Assembly: GCA_964396475.1 (NCBI GenBank) | Contig: CAYNFE010000001.1 | Coordinates: 69,474 to 133,473, forward strand | Direction of reading: 5' to 3' | Origin: Candidatus Woesearchaeota archaeon | Lineage (GTDB): Archaea; Nanobdellota; Nanobdellia; Pacearchaeales; UBA284 | DNA: 64,000 nucleotides | In this document: positions 52,780 through 60,886 of the stretch, piece by piece | How the letters are laid out: each line of letters opens with the position of its first letter | Position numbering within the stretch: position 1 is the first letter of the stretch | Translations under genes and position numbers: made by a program | Notes under the pieces: model-generated | Told to the model about the DNA's origin: nothing | The model's database searches: none | The model's input: the letters and a program-made list of their open reading frames with translations, nothing else

Positions 52780-53521
52780 TTTTTATAGCAAATTGGAAAG
52801 TATAGTATGGTTGATTTTTTAATTTAAATTCTTGATCATCTAACTTGTACAAAATATCTTTTTCTATAATAAAAGGAGTAATAATTATATTATTATTTTC
52901 TTGGAAATAAGATACTAATTCAAGATCAATATAGCCAGGATCTTCTATGTTACTTTCAGTTAAATTTTCTGCTATTTCTATTAGTTTTTTAATTCTCAAA
53001 GAATATTGAAAATTATATTCGTCATCTAATCTAATTGTATGATCATGAAGAGTAACAGTTATTGGCCATACAATAATTAAGAAAATTTTATCTTCATCGA
53101 TTTTTACATCAACATCTGGATTACCTTTAGAAATTATGATGTCTGTAAATGTAGAAAAATTAATTTCCTCTATTTTTTGCTCTATTTTTTTAGATATTTG
53201 TTCTTCAATCATCTCCAAGGACGGAATCAATAATTCTTCATCATAATAATAGTATGGTATTTTTTCAAAATTAGTGCTGAGACTTTTATCAGGAGGCATA
53301 TAACTATAACCTCCCTGCAAACCCGCTAATATAAAACTATTAATAATTTTTTCATCTAAACTATCTTTTATATAATAATTTAGTGAACTAATCTCTGGAG
53401 TTTTTTCTAGTTGTGTTCTTTGATAATTTTGATAAATAAAATAGGCAGCAAGACCGGCAGCAACAATCACTATTGCAATAATAATGAAAAGCGTTACTTG
53501 ACCTCTTTTGTTTTTATTCAT
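52772..53521 (-). CDS. class III signal peptide (type IV pilin-like) protein, paralog B
   Basis: N-terminus MNKNKRGQVTLFIIIAIVIVAAGLAAYFIY. C-terminal and internal blocks align with 43825..44649. Confidence 0.65.
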   Translation of the reverse strand: MNKNKRGQVTLFIIIAIVIVAAGLAAYFIYQNYQRTQLEKTPEISSLNYYIKDSLDEKIINSFILAGLQGGYSYMPPDKSLSTNFEKIPYYYYDEELLIPSLEMIEEQISKKIEQKIEEINFSTFTDIIISKGNPDVDVKIDEDKIFLIIVWPITVTLHDHTIRLDDEYNFQYSLRIKKLIEIAENLTESNIEDPGYIDLELVSYFQENNNIIITPFIIEKDILYKLDDQEFKLKNQPYYTFQFAIKNE

Positions 53522-53591
53522 GTTTTTTTCAGTATAATAATATATTTAAAGTTTTGTTGATTTTAACTTTTTAATTTTTAGGACACAAAAA

Positions 53592-53843
53592 ATGCAAACT
53601 GATCAAGAAAAAGGAAATACTTTGCTTAGAATATTAACCCCTTATGTAATAACAAGAGATCCTTATGAAGCTGAAATGTATTATAAGATAGCAATGGATT
53701 TTTATAAAAATGCAGATGTTAAACCACCTTTTGAAGCAATAAACATTAAAAACCAAATAGATAAAGAAAAAGAGAAAAAATATATAGAAAAAATTATTAA
53801 TAAATTGTATGAATTTTCTATAAATCTTGAGGCAATACTGTAG
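53592..53843 (+). CDS. hypothetical protein
   Basis: 83 aa ORF. Its 3' end overlaps the convergent 53818..53985 gene by 26 nt. Confidence 0.4.
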   Translation: MQTDQEKGNTLLRILTPYVITRDPYEAEMYYKIAMDFYKNADVKPPFEAINIKNQIDKEKEKKYIEKIINKLYEFSINLEAIL

Positions 53844-53985
53844 TTCTATGATTTGCCTTAGCTCTCTCTTCAGCCTCTTTTAATAATTTTTCTACTTTCT
53901 TGTTCAAAGCTTCAGCAAGATTAGCTGAAACTCTAAGCTCTTTGACAACTTCTTTTATTTTTGATTTTATCACGATTTCTACCAT
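53818..53985 (-). CDS. small histone-fold-like protein (DUF1931-like)
   Basis: 55 aa ORF absent from the track: MVEIVIKSKIKEVVKELRVSANLAEALNKKVEKLLKEAEERAKANHRTTVLPQDL. The pattern (V.KSK.KE....VS.....L...V..L...A..RAKAN.R.TV...D) matches the DUF1931 family as I recall it. Confidence 0.5.
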   Translation of the reverse strand: MVEIVIKSKIKEVVKELRVSANLAEALNKKVEKLLKEAEERAKANHRTTVLPQDL

Positions 53986-54011
53986 ATTCTACTTGTATGA
54001 ATTAGAAATTT

Positions 54012-54194
54012 TTATGGTTTTTTTCCAATGATTCTATAAACCTTAGTTCCACAGACTGCACACTTACCTTTTACTGCCCAGACACCTTTTTTTATCTCTA
54101 CAAATTCTGGATTTACTACTTCTCTTTGTTCTTTGCATTTCATACATCTTGCCATGTACTTCTTTTTTTCTTCTGTCTTTTTTTCTTCTGCCAT
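54012..54194 (-). CDS. small zinc-ribbon protein (DUF5679-like)
   Basis: 60 aa: CMKCKEQREV...KGKCAVCGTKVYRIIG, two CxxC pairs. Confidence 0.45.
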   Translation of the reverse strand: MAEEKKTEEKKKYMARCMKCKEQREVVNPEFVEIKKGVWAVKGKCAVCGTKVYRIIGKKP

Positions 54195-54251
54195 TTTTTT
54201 CCTCCCTTTTTATATCGATATTTATCTTTTTAGTTTTATAAATCTTACTTT

Positions 54252-56045
54252 TTATTCTCTTAACAGCATTTCTAATTTTTCTAATCTTTCCTTAGAAATT
54301 GTTTTTACTTTTCCTTTTGTTATTTGCTTAACGCGTGTCCTAGAAAGATCAATTTCTTTTGCAAGTTTTCTTATACTATTTTTTTTAATATGTTTTTTTA
54401 TTTTACTTATTATTCTTTGTGTAATAAAAGTAGGCTTTTCAATAAAAGGAATCTTATCTAAATCACACATTTTTTTAAGTTCTTTTGATGAGTAGTCTTT
54501 TTTAATATGTTTTTTATAAATTATATCCACAATTGGTTTTGCAATTTTTTTATTTTTACATTTTAAGGCTTCCTGAACTGTGCTTGAAGCAATTGGAATA
54601 TTTATTTTTTTTAAAATATCTGTATAATTAAAACCGTCTTTTTTAAAATTTTTAACGAGAGGTTCCACATCTTTAGTAAAATAATATTCACAAAAAAGTC
54701 TACTATTTTTTGGTCTGGTTCTTTTTAATATTTTCTCAAAATCATATTTATATTTGTCTGAAATTTTAGGTGAGAGTGCAAAATGTTTTTTAATTGATAT
54801 CAAAGCTTTTTCAGATATGACTTGATTTCCAATACCTTTTAATTTGTTTCTAAGCGTAATTTTAGCTAGACCTAATCTCTTTGCCACCTTACTTAAGTTA
54901 TTATTAGAGATCTTGACTTCAAGTTCAAGTATTTCTTTTACGTCGGCTGTGATGGGTATATAACCACTACATCTCTTAATCACACCATATAATTTAGAAA
55001 TATTTTTTATTTTCAAATCTTCACATATGTTTTCTAGAGCGATTTGTTTCTTTAATTCCTCCCGTTCCTCCTTACTTACTTTTTCTCTCAATTTCTTCTT
55101 TTCTTCTTTTAAAAATAATCTTTTTAGATATATCTCTCTAATACTTTTTTGTTTTTCCCAAGGAAATGAAGTAAAAAATTGATTTTCTGAAGGATATATT
55201 TTTTTTAATTGCTCTACACTATATTTTTCAAGATCTAACATTTCTAAACTTATTTTATCCAAAATTCTCTTCGGTATGGTCTTTACCTCATTATAATTAT
55301 ATTTTTCATAAGTGTGATTATTACAATTAAGATATGAAGCGGCTTTTTTACAAGAGCCTTTTATTTCAGTAAACTCTTTGACTATTTTTCTTGTTAGAGA
55401 CTCTTGCTTTTTTTTAGATTTTGACCTGGATTTTGACCTTAATACAATTCTTTCATTTCTAAAAACATCTTCTTTTTTAATTTCTTCTATCTTTTTCTCA
55501 ATAAGCTTTTCAACTAAAATATCTAATTTGTCTTTTCTTATCTTTCTTGCATTTCCATGAATTATATTCTGGAATTTCCACACACTTATTTTAAGATCTT
55601 TTGATGGTTTTCTATAACTTCCGTAAATAACATGTGGAAAATATGTTAAATAAAGCTGGTAAGTCTTTCTGACTTGTTTAGTGACTGGATATAATTTTTT
55701 ATCAACAGCAAGTAACATCCTGAATTTTGTTTTCGAAATTGGTGTTGTTTTTTCTAGTATTTTTTCAAGATCATTCATATTTATTTCAGATGTTCCATAA
55801 TGTTCTATTAAATAATTTGTGATCAATCTAAAAGAATTCTCTGGCATGACTTGATTTCTAGATTTATTTCTTAGTATAATCTCAAAATCATCCTTATCTA
55901 AATTTGCTCTTTTTGCTGCTTCACTTATATTATTATTAAAGATTTTAACATAAAGTGATGAATATTTTTTAACTTCATCTATAATAGGAATATAATCACC
56001 ATTATTATTTTTAATCTGAACCTTAGCCATAACTTTTAAGTACAA
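54252..56045 (-). CDS. multi-HTH protein with internal duplication, unknown function
   Basis: 597 aa. At least three HTH-like segments (NNNISEAAKRANLDKDDFEIILRNK, NNNLSKVAKRLGLAKITLRNKLKG, NSIRKLAKEIDLSRTRVKQITKGK). The true start may be Met6 (MAKVQIK). Confidence 0.55.
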   Translation of the reverse strand: MYLKVMAKVQIKNNNGDYIPIIDEVKKYSSLYVKIFNNNISEAAKRANLDKDDFEIILRNKSRNQVMPENSFRLITNYLIEHYGTSEINMNDLEKILEKTTPISKTKFRMLLAVDKKLYPVTKQVRKTYQLYLTYFPHVIYGSYRKPSKDLKISVWKFQNIIHGNARKIRKDKLDILVEKLIEKKIEEIKKEDVFRNERIVLRSKSRSKSKKKQESLTRKIVKEFTEIKGSCKKAASYLNCNNHTYEKYNYNEVKTIPKRILDKISLEMLDLEKYSVEQLKKIYPSENQFFTSFPWEKQKSIREIYLKRLFLKEEKKKLREKVSKEEREELKKQIALENICEDLKIKNISKLYGVIKRCSGYIPITADVKEILELEVKISNNNLSKVAKRLGLAKITLRNKLKGIGNQVISEKALISIKKHFALSPKISDKYKYDFEKILKRTRPKNSRLFCEYYFTKDVEPLVKNFKKDGFNYTDILKKINIPIASSTVQEALKCKNKKIAKPIVDIIYKKHIKKDYSSKELKKMCDLDKIPFIEKPTFITQRIISKIKKHIKKNSIRKLAKEIDLSRTRVKQITKGKVKTISKERLEKLEMLLRE

Positions 56046-56099
56046 AAGAAATAGATTTAAATATTTCTATGTTTTTTTATAACTGTTTATAAAAATTCT

Positions 56100-57587
56100 T
56101 TATTTCTCAGGTTTCATAAAAGGGAATAAAATAACATCTCTGATTGATGGAGAATCTGTCAATAACATGATAAGTCTGCCAACACCAATTCCCAAGCCAC
56201 TTGTAGGAGGCATCCCGTATTTCAAAGCCTCTATAAAATCTTTGTCAATAGGCATAGCAGCTTCATCACCTTTTTTCAGAAAACTAGTTTGTTCTTTTAG
56301 TCTTTCTTCCTGTTCTTTTGGATCGTTCAACTCATCATAAGATTTAGAGATTTCCATTCCCTTGATCAGTAATTGAAAACTATTTATTTTTGTCTTATCT
56401 TTTTCATTTTTCTTTGCTAAAGCAATCATTTCAATAGGATAATGTGTAAGAAAAGTAGGCTGAATTATTTTTGGCCTGGCTATTCTCTTATATAATTCAT
56501 CTAAGAGAGCACCATAGTGCATGCATTTATTGACATCAATATTTTTCAATTTCTTAGATATTATTATCTTCTTTAATTTTTCAAAAGTGTTTTCTTTGTT
56601 AATATCTATTTTTGTTTCTTTTAATATTAAATCCCTGAATTTTATTTTTTTATAAGGTGGTTTTAGATCAATCTTAGTTCCTTGATACTCTATTTTACTT
56701 GTACCAAGAACTTTTTTAGCGATGTAATAAACAATCATCTCGTTAAATCTTATGTTGTCTTCATAATTTGCATAAGCCCACATTGTTTCCATCTGCAAAA
56801 ATTCTGGATTATGGGCCCAATCAATACCTTCATTTCTAAAATCAGGAGAAAATTCAAAAATCTTATCATATCCTCCAACTATTAATCTTTTCAAATACAT
56901 TTCATTAGATATTCTTAAATATACCTTTATATCTAAGGCATTTAACTTAGATTCAAAAGGCTTGGCACTTGCCCCCCCATAAATTGGTTGTAGTATGGGG
57001 GTTTCAACTTCAATAAAACCATTCTTGACTAAAAATTCTCGCATAGCCCCAATAATCTTACTTCTTTTCATAAAAACTTCCTTGACTTTAGGATTCATTA
57101 TTAAGTCCAGATAGCGCTTTCTGTATCTTTCTTCTTTATCTTTAAAACCATGCCATTTCTCTGGTAGAGGCATCAAAGATTTTGTAAGAAGTTCTATTTT
57201 GGAAACTAAAATGCTTAATTCACCTCTTTTTGTCCGAAAAATAATACCCTCTATTCCTACAATATCTCCAGCATCAATAAATTTTTTGAAAAAGCCAATT
57301 TCCTTTGTTGGAGTTTCTTTTTCTTGAATGACTAGTTGAATTTTTCCTGTAGAATCCTGCAATGCTACAAAAGAGATTTTTCCAATATCTCTTACAGTCA
57401 TAACTCGCCCAGCAACACTAACTTTGTCTTTTGTTTTTTGTCCTGGCTTTAGATTAGAATATTTTTTTAAGATATGAGAAGCGTAATTTTTAACATTATA
57501 TTTGTATTTATAAGGATTGATTCTTTTGTCCAATAATCCTCCAATTTTCTTTTCACGCTCTTTTATTATCTGTTCCTCTCTTGTCAT
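56100..57587 (-). CDS. lysS: lysyl-tRNA synthetase, class II
   Basis: 495 aa. OB-fold anticodon-binding domain (VSVAGRVMTVRDIGKISFVALQDSTGKIQLV) and class II core (FRNEGIDWAHNPEFLQMETMWAY, GLGIGVGRLIMLLT). Confidence 0.9.
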   Translation of the reverse strand: MTREEQIIKEREKKIGGLLDKRINPYKYKYNVKNYASHILKKYSNLKPGQKTKDKVSVAGRVMTVRDIGKISFVALQDSTGKIQLVIQEKETPTKEIGFFKKFIDAGDIVGIEGIIFRTKRGELSILVSKIELLTKSLMPLPEKWHGFKDKEERYRKRYLDLIMNPKVKEVFMKRSKIIGAMREFLVKNGFIEVETPILQPIYGGASAKPFESKLNALDIKVYLRISNEMYLKRLIVGGYDKIFEFSPDFRNEGIDWAHNPEFLQMETMWAYANYEDNIRFNEMIVYYIAKKVLGTSKIEYQGTKIDLKPPYKKIKFRDLILKETKIDINKENTFEKLKKIIISKKLKNIDVNKCMHYGALLDELYKRIARPKIIQPTFLTHYPIEMIALAKKNEKDKTKINSFQLLIKGMEISKSYDELNDPKEQEERLKEQTSFLKKGDEAAMPIDKDFIEALKYGMPPTSGLGIGVGRLIMLLTDSPSIRDVILFPFMKPEK

Positions 57588-57621
57588 AATCTAAATAAGA
57601 AAAAATCATTTAAATATTTAA

Positions 57622-58194
57622 TCAATACACTTCTCTTCTATCAAGTTCATTCTGCACTATAGCTAAGGTTTGACTTGAGAAGTATTTGATCTGCCCAACA
57701 GAAATCTTTTTCACTTTATTTTTTATCCTTCTTAACTCTTGTTTTGGAATCCCTTCTTGATCACCAAAAATAAAAACAGGATTCTTATCTATCTCAACTG
57801 TCCTGATATCCTCTCCTTTAGCATCAAGAAGATAAATTGTCCTTCCTTTCTTGCTTAAATCTTCAACAATATCTGAGAAATTTTTCTTTTCAATCCAGCA
57901 TCCAGAAAATACCTCATTCCTTCTACTTTTTTTATATTTATACAGCATTCTTTTGATTAATCCAGATATATCTTTTTTGCTAATTATTTTAGGATTAGTT
58001 ATCTCAAGATGTTTTGGAGGATCAGGAGGGCCATAAAATACTAGATGCATTCTAATGTTCTTTCTCATAGCATTAGAGACAAAAAAAGCCATAATAATAG
58101 AATGACAAGCTATATCTAATCTTCCGGCAGCCATGAGATCTTTGATATTTCCACTTGTTCTTGCCTTTTTGGAAAAATAAATAAATTCTCTCAT
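57622..58194 (-). CDS. trmY: tRNA (pseudouridine54-N1)-methyltransferase TrmY (DUF358, SPOUT)
   Basis: MREFIYFSKKARTSGNIKDLMAAGRLDIACHSIIMAFFVSNAMRKNIRMHLVF matches the TrmY N-terminal signature. Confidence 0.75.
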   Translation of the reverse strand: MREFIYFSKKARTSGNIKDLMAAGRLDIACHSIIMAFFVSNAMRKNIRMHLVFYGPPDPPKHLEITNPKIISKKDISGLIKRMLYKYKKSRRNEVFSGCWIEKKNFSDIVEDLSKKGRTIYLLDAKGEDIRTVEIDKNPVFIFGDQEGIPKQELRRIKNKVKKISVGQIKYFSSQTLAIVQNELDRREVY

Positions 58195-58235
58195 AAAATA
58201 ATAAAATTTATAATACTTAAATATTCTATGTTTAG

Positions 58236-58538
58236 ATGGACAAAGAAGTAGAATATTTAATTATGAAATTTAAGATCTATGCAGAAAAGAATAAAAGATT
58301 AGGTTTTGCTCCAACTAAAAAAGAAGAAAAAAAATATAAGAATGTAACTTTAGACTATATTAAAAATCAATTATATAATCGAGAGCCAGGAGAAGTACCG
58401 ATTCCAAGATCATTGAATCCAGAAAAAGGAAAGATTATATATGAAACCTCTCATGGCTTAAAAACTATATTGCTTAAAAATTTAGGTTATGAATTAAGAG
58501 ATGGTATTTGGCAAAAGAAAATAAAGAAAACTAAATGA
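58236..58538 (+). CDS. hypothetical protein
   Basis: 100 aa ORF. No family recognised. Confidence 0.4.
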   Translation: MDKEVEYLIMKFKIYAEKNKRLGFAPTKKEEKKYKNVTLDYIKNQLYNREPGEVPIPRSLNPEKGKIIYETSHGLKTILLKNLGYELRDGIWQKKIKKTK

Positions 58539-59328
58539 TTCTTTCTGGTTTTAATACCTTATCTTTTTGTTTTTTAATTTTATCAGAATCAAAGAAAGGC
58601 CTGACAAGAGCAACCACTTTTTTATTATAGAAAGCAGCTATTATTTTTTCCTTTTCAAATTTTCCTTTTATTTTCTTGATGTCCTCTTTTTCTAAAAATT
58701 TTCCTTGTTTTAATTTTTCTACAGCTTCTTTTCTGACAAAGATAATTGGAGAAACCTTTGAAATCAATTTTTCTGCTGGAATTATTTTATTCTTAGTCAG
58801 TTTTTCTATTTTTATTGCTTTTTTTATTAAAAAAGGGCCTTGACTAATTCTTCTTAATAAGGTCATATGTGCTCCTACTCCAAGTGCTTGACCAAGATCA
58901 TGAATTAGTTTTCTAATATAAGTTCCAGCTTCACATTTAACTCTAAAAACAAAATTTTTATCTTGTTTTCTTAAGATTTTGAATTCATAGATAGTTCTTT
59001 CTCTTTCCTTCCTTCTGACTCTAGATTTTCTTGGTGGTAATTGTTTAATTTTCCCGAGAAATTTTTTCTTAATAGTTAATTTTAATTTTTTTAATGAAAC
59101 ATCTTTATGAAGATGAGCCATGCCTTCATATTCTTTATTGAGTCTTTCAAAAAGAGGCATTAATTTTGTTGCTCTGTTTAATGCGATAAGCAAAACTCCA
59201 GTTACATTAGGATCTAAAGTTCCTGCATGTCCAGCTTTCTTTGCTTTGAATTTTTTTCTTACTAAATCACAAGCTTGAAATGATGTTTTCCCTGCTGGTT
59301 TATCCAAAATAACAAAGACTTTTTCCAT
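58531..59328 (-). CDS. cbf5: tRNA/rRNA pseudouridine synthase Cbf5/TruB family, short form with PUA-like C-terminus
   Basis: ILDKPAGKTSFQACDLVRKKFKAKKAGHAGTLDPNVTGVLLIALNRATKL contains the catalytic Asp motif (GTLDP). The VTGVL variant is Cbf5-like. Confidence 0.8.
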   Translation of the reverse strand: MEKVFVILDKPAGKTSFQACDLVRKKFKAKKAGHAGTLDPNVTGVLLIALNRATKLMPLFERLNKEYEGMAHLHKDVSLKKLKLTIKKKFLGKIKQLPPRKSRVRRKERERTIYEFKILRKQDKNFVFRVKCEAGTYIRKLIHDLGQALGVGAHMTLLRRISQGPFLIKKAIKIEKLTKNKIIPAEKLISKVSPIIFVRKEAVEKLKQGKFLEKEDIKKIKGKFEKEKIIAAFYNKKVVALVRPFFDSDKIKKQKDKVLKPERII

Positions 59329-59389
59329 ACTTAAATTTAGAGGAAATTTTTTAAATACTTTATGTATTCTAACTAAAGGCTAAGAGAAA

Positions 59390-59770
59390 ATGAAAGAAAG
59401 CATTGAAACATTAGTTATTAAAGAAATATTTGAAAAATACCAAGTTAAAGTACTTATAGTCATAGGTGGGGATCATAAAAAAAATTATAGTGTTCTAAAG
59501 CCAGTCCTCGGATTAAAAGAAGTTTTACAAATATCTCATGACGAAAAAGGACATAAAATTTGCAAGTATGTTAAAAAATCTGATATTGTTGTTACAGTAC
59601 CTTTTAAAAAAGATGTTTTTAAATATTATATTAAACAAGCCCTCGAAAAACATCCTAAACCTTATGTCCACACTCATGGCGGATCAAGCAGCACTAATAT
59701 AGTTGAGAGTTTGTATGATAAAAAAGAAAGGCTAGAGCCAATTCTTCAAAAAGGTTGTGGAGAAATCTAA
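59390..59770 (+). CDS. hypothetical protein
   Basis: 126 aa ORF. No family recognised. Confidence 0.4.
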   Translation: MKESIETLVIKEIFEKYQVKVLIVIGGDHKKNYSVLKPVLGLKEVLQISHDEKGHKICKYVKKSDIVVTVPFKKDVFKYYIKQALEKHPKPYVHTHGGSSSTNIVESLYDKKERLEPILQKGCGEI

Positions 59771-60331
59771 TTACTTTTCTAATGCTTTTCTATGTATTAT
59801 TGGTTTAGGTTGCTTTGGTTTTTCATGTCTAATCTCTGGTTTTGCTTTTGCTATTTCTTTATGTAGAGCTTTTTCTTTCTCTTTTTTCTCTTCTTCCTTT
59901 TTCTTTTCCTCTTCTGTCTTTTTTTCTGGTTTCTTTTCTTCCTTTTTCTTCTTCCTCTTCTTTTTTTCTTCTTCTTTCTTCCTTATTTTTTCAATCTTCT
60001 TATTCAATCTTTCTTCTTCTTTTTTAAATTTTGGAGGAAGTGCTTGAAACTCTACCTTAATATTTCCTTCAGAATCTTTTATCGCTTTAACAGTAATTTT
60101 TTGAGGTGGTTTTTTTATTCCTCTAAGCCATACAGCCTCATTAATCCATCTATCAATCTTGACCTTTTTTAAATCCCTATCACGAACTTTCATATGTTTC
60201 GCTACAAATTCTTTTATTGCTTTCATAGCTTTCTTAGCCCTTTTATATTTTGGAGCTTTCAACCATTCTTTTCTTAAAGGTATTGTATATATTCTTTCTT
60301 CTTTTTTTATTTCTTTTTTTACCTTTGCCAT
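59771..60331 (-). CDS. rpl31e: 50S ribosomal protein L31e (eL31) with ~90 aa K/E-rich C-terminal extension
   Basis: The core ERIYTIPLRKEWLKAPKYKRAKKAMKAIKEFVAKHMK...VKIDRWINEAVWLRGIKKPPQKITV matches eL31. It is followed by low-complexity K/E sequence. Confidence 0.85.
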   Translation of the reverse strand: MAKVKKEIKKEERIYTIPLRKEWLKAPKYKRAKKAMKAIKEFVAKHMKVRDRDLKKVKIDRWINEAVWLRGIKKPPQKITVKAIKDSEGNIKVEFQALPPKFKKEEERLNKKIEKIRKKEEEKKKRKKKKEEKKPEKKTEEEKKKEEEKKEKEKALHKEIAKAKPEIRHEKPKQPKPIIHRKALEK

Positions 60332-60351
60332 CTTATTCTAGTATATTGATT

Positions 60352-60582
60352 TTAAAATTTTCTTCTTATTTTTCCATATTTTATTTTTCTTTTTCCCTTT
60401 CTTTTTATAGCTCGTTTTATTTTTGTTCTTCTCCATGATCTCTTAACTCTAGTCAATCTTGAAGGATGAACTCTCTTTCCTTTGCCTAGAGCCTTAGGAA
60501 TGACCCAAAAAGGAGTCCATCTTGTTCTCCTCTGCTGTTTTCCAAGACGTAATTTTTTTGATAAGGATTTATTTCTTGCCAT
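60352..60582 (-). CDS. rpl39e: 50S ribosomal protein L39e (eL39) with basic C-terminal extension
   Basis: MARNKSLSKKLRLGKQQRRTRWTPFWVIPK...HPSRLTRVKRSWRRTKIK matches eL39. There are ~25 extra basic residues. Confidence 0.85.
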   Translation of the reverse strand: MARNKSLSKKLRLGKQQRRTRWTPFWVIPKALGKGKRVHPSRLTRVKRSWRRTKIKRAIKRKGKRKIKYGKIRRKF

Positions 60583-60586
60583 TTTT

Positions 60587-60880
60587 TTATTTTTTTATTT
60601 TTATGTTAAAATTAGATTTAGTATTAGATTTTTTTCCTTGTTGAATATCTAAAAGCAAATTCTTAAATTCAGAATCATTTATTGGATTCTGTATCTGTCC
60701 GAGTTGAGAGGCTTGAGCTATCATTGCAATAGCTTTTATTGCAGTTTCAGGGTGAGCTATTTTCAAATTTCCATAACGTGAGATAGCTTCCTTACTCATT
60801 TTTTTCTTTGCTGTATTTTCCAATAACATGATTTGCTGCATCAATTCTACTTCATTAAAATTTGAATTTTTTTTATTCAT
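60587..60880 (-). CDS. PDCD5/TFAR19-like DNA-binding protein
   Basis: 97 aa. KEAISRYGNLKIAHPETAIKAIAMIAQASQLGQIQNPINDSEFKNLL matches the archaeal PDCD5-like family. Conserved position between S19e and L39e. Confidence 0.7.
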   Translation of the reverse strand: MNKKNSNFNEVELMQQIMLLENTAKKKMSKEAISRYGNLKIAHPETAIKAIAMIAQASQLGQIQNPINDSEFKNLLLDIQQGKKSNTKSNFNIKIKK

Positions 60881-60886
60881 TTTAGA

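Noticed and set aside
43825-53521. Possibility that this block is an integrated virus or plasmid at tRNA-Trp
   Set aside because: I recognised no integrase, capsid, terminase or replication initiator genes. I saw no duplicate of the tRNA-Trp 3' end, the composition looks like the rest of the window, and the tRNA is intact. This is retained only as a check under the hjc finding.
59800-60050. Periodic purine-rich repeats (gaagaaaaagaa-type) that could be mistaken for a CRISPR or tandem-repeat array; the same applies at 1-200, 4726-4920, 5487-5600 and 12240-12380
   Set aside because: They are in-frame K/E-rich coding low complexity with no repeat-spacer periodicity. No CRISPR repeat or cas gene occurs anywhere in the window.
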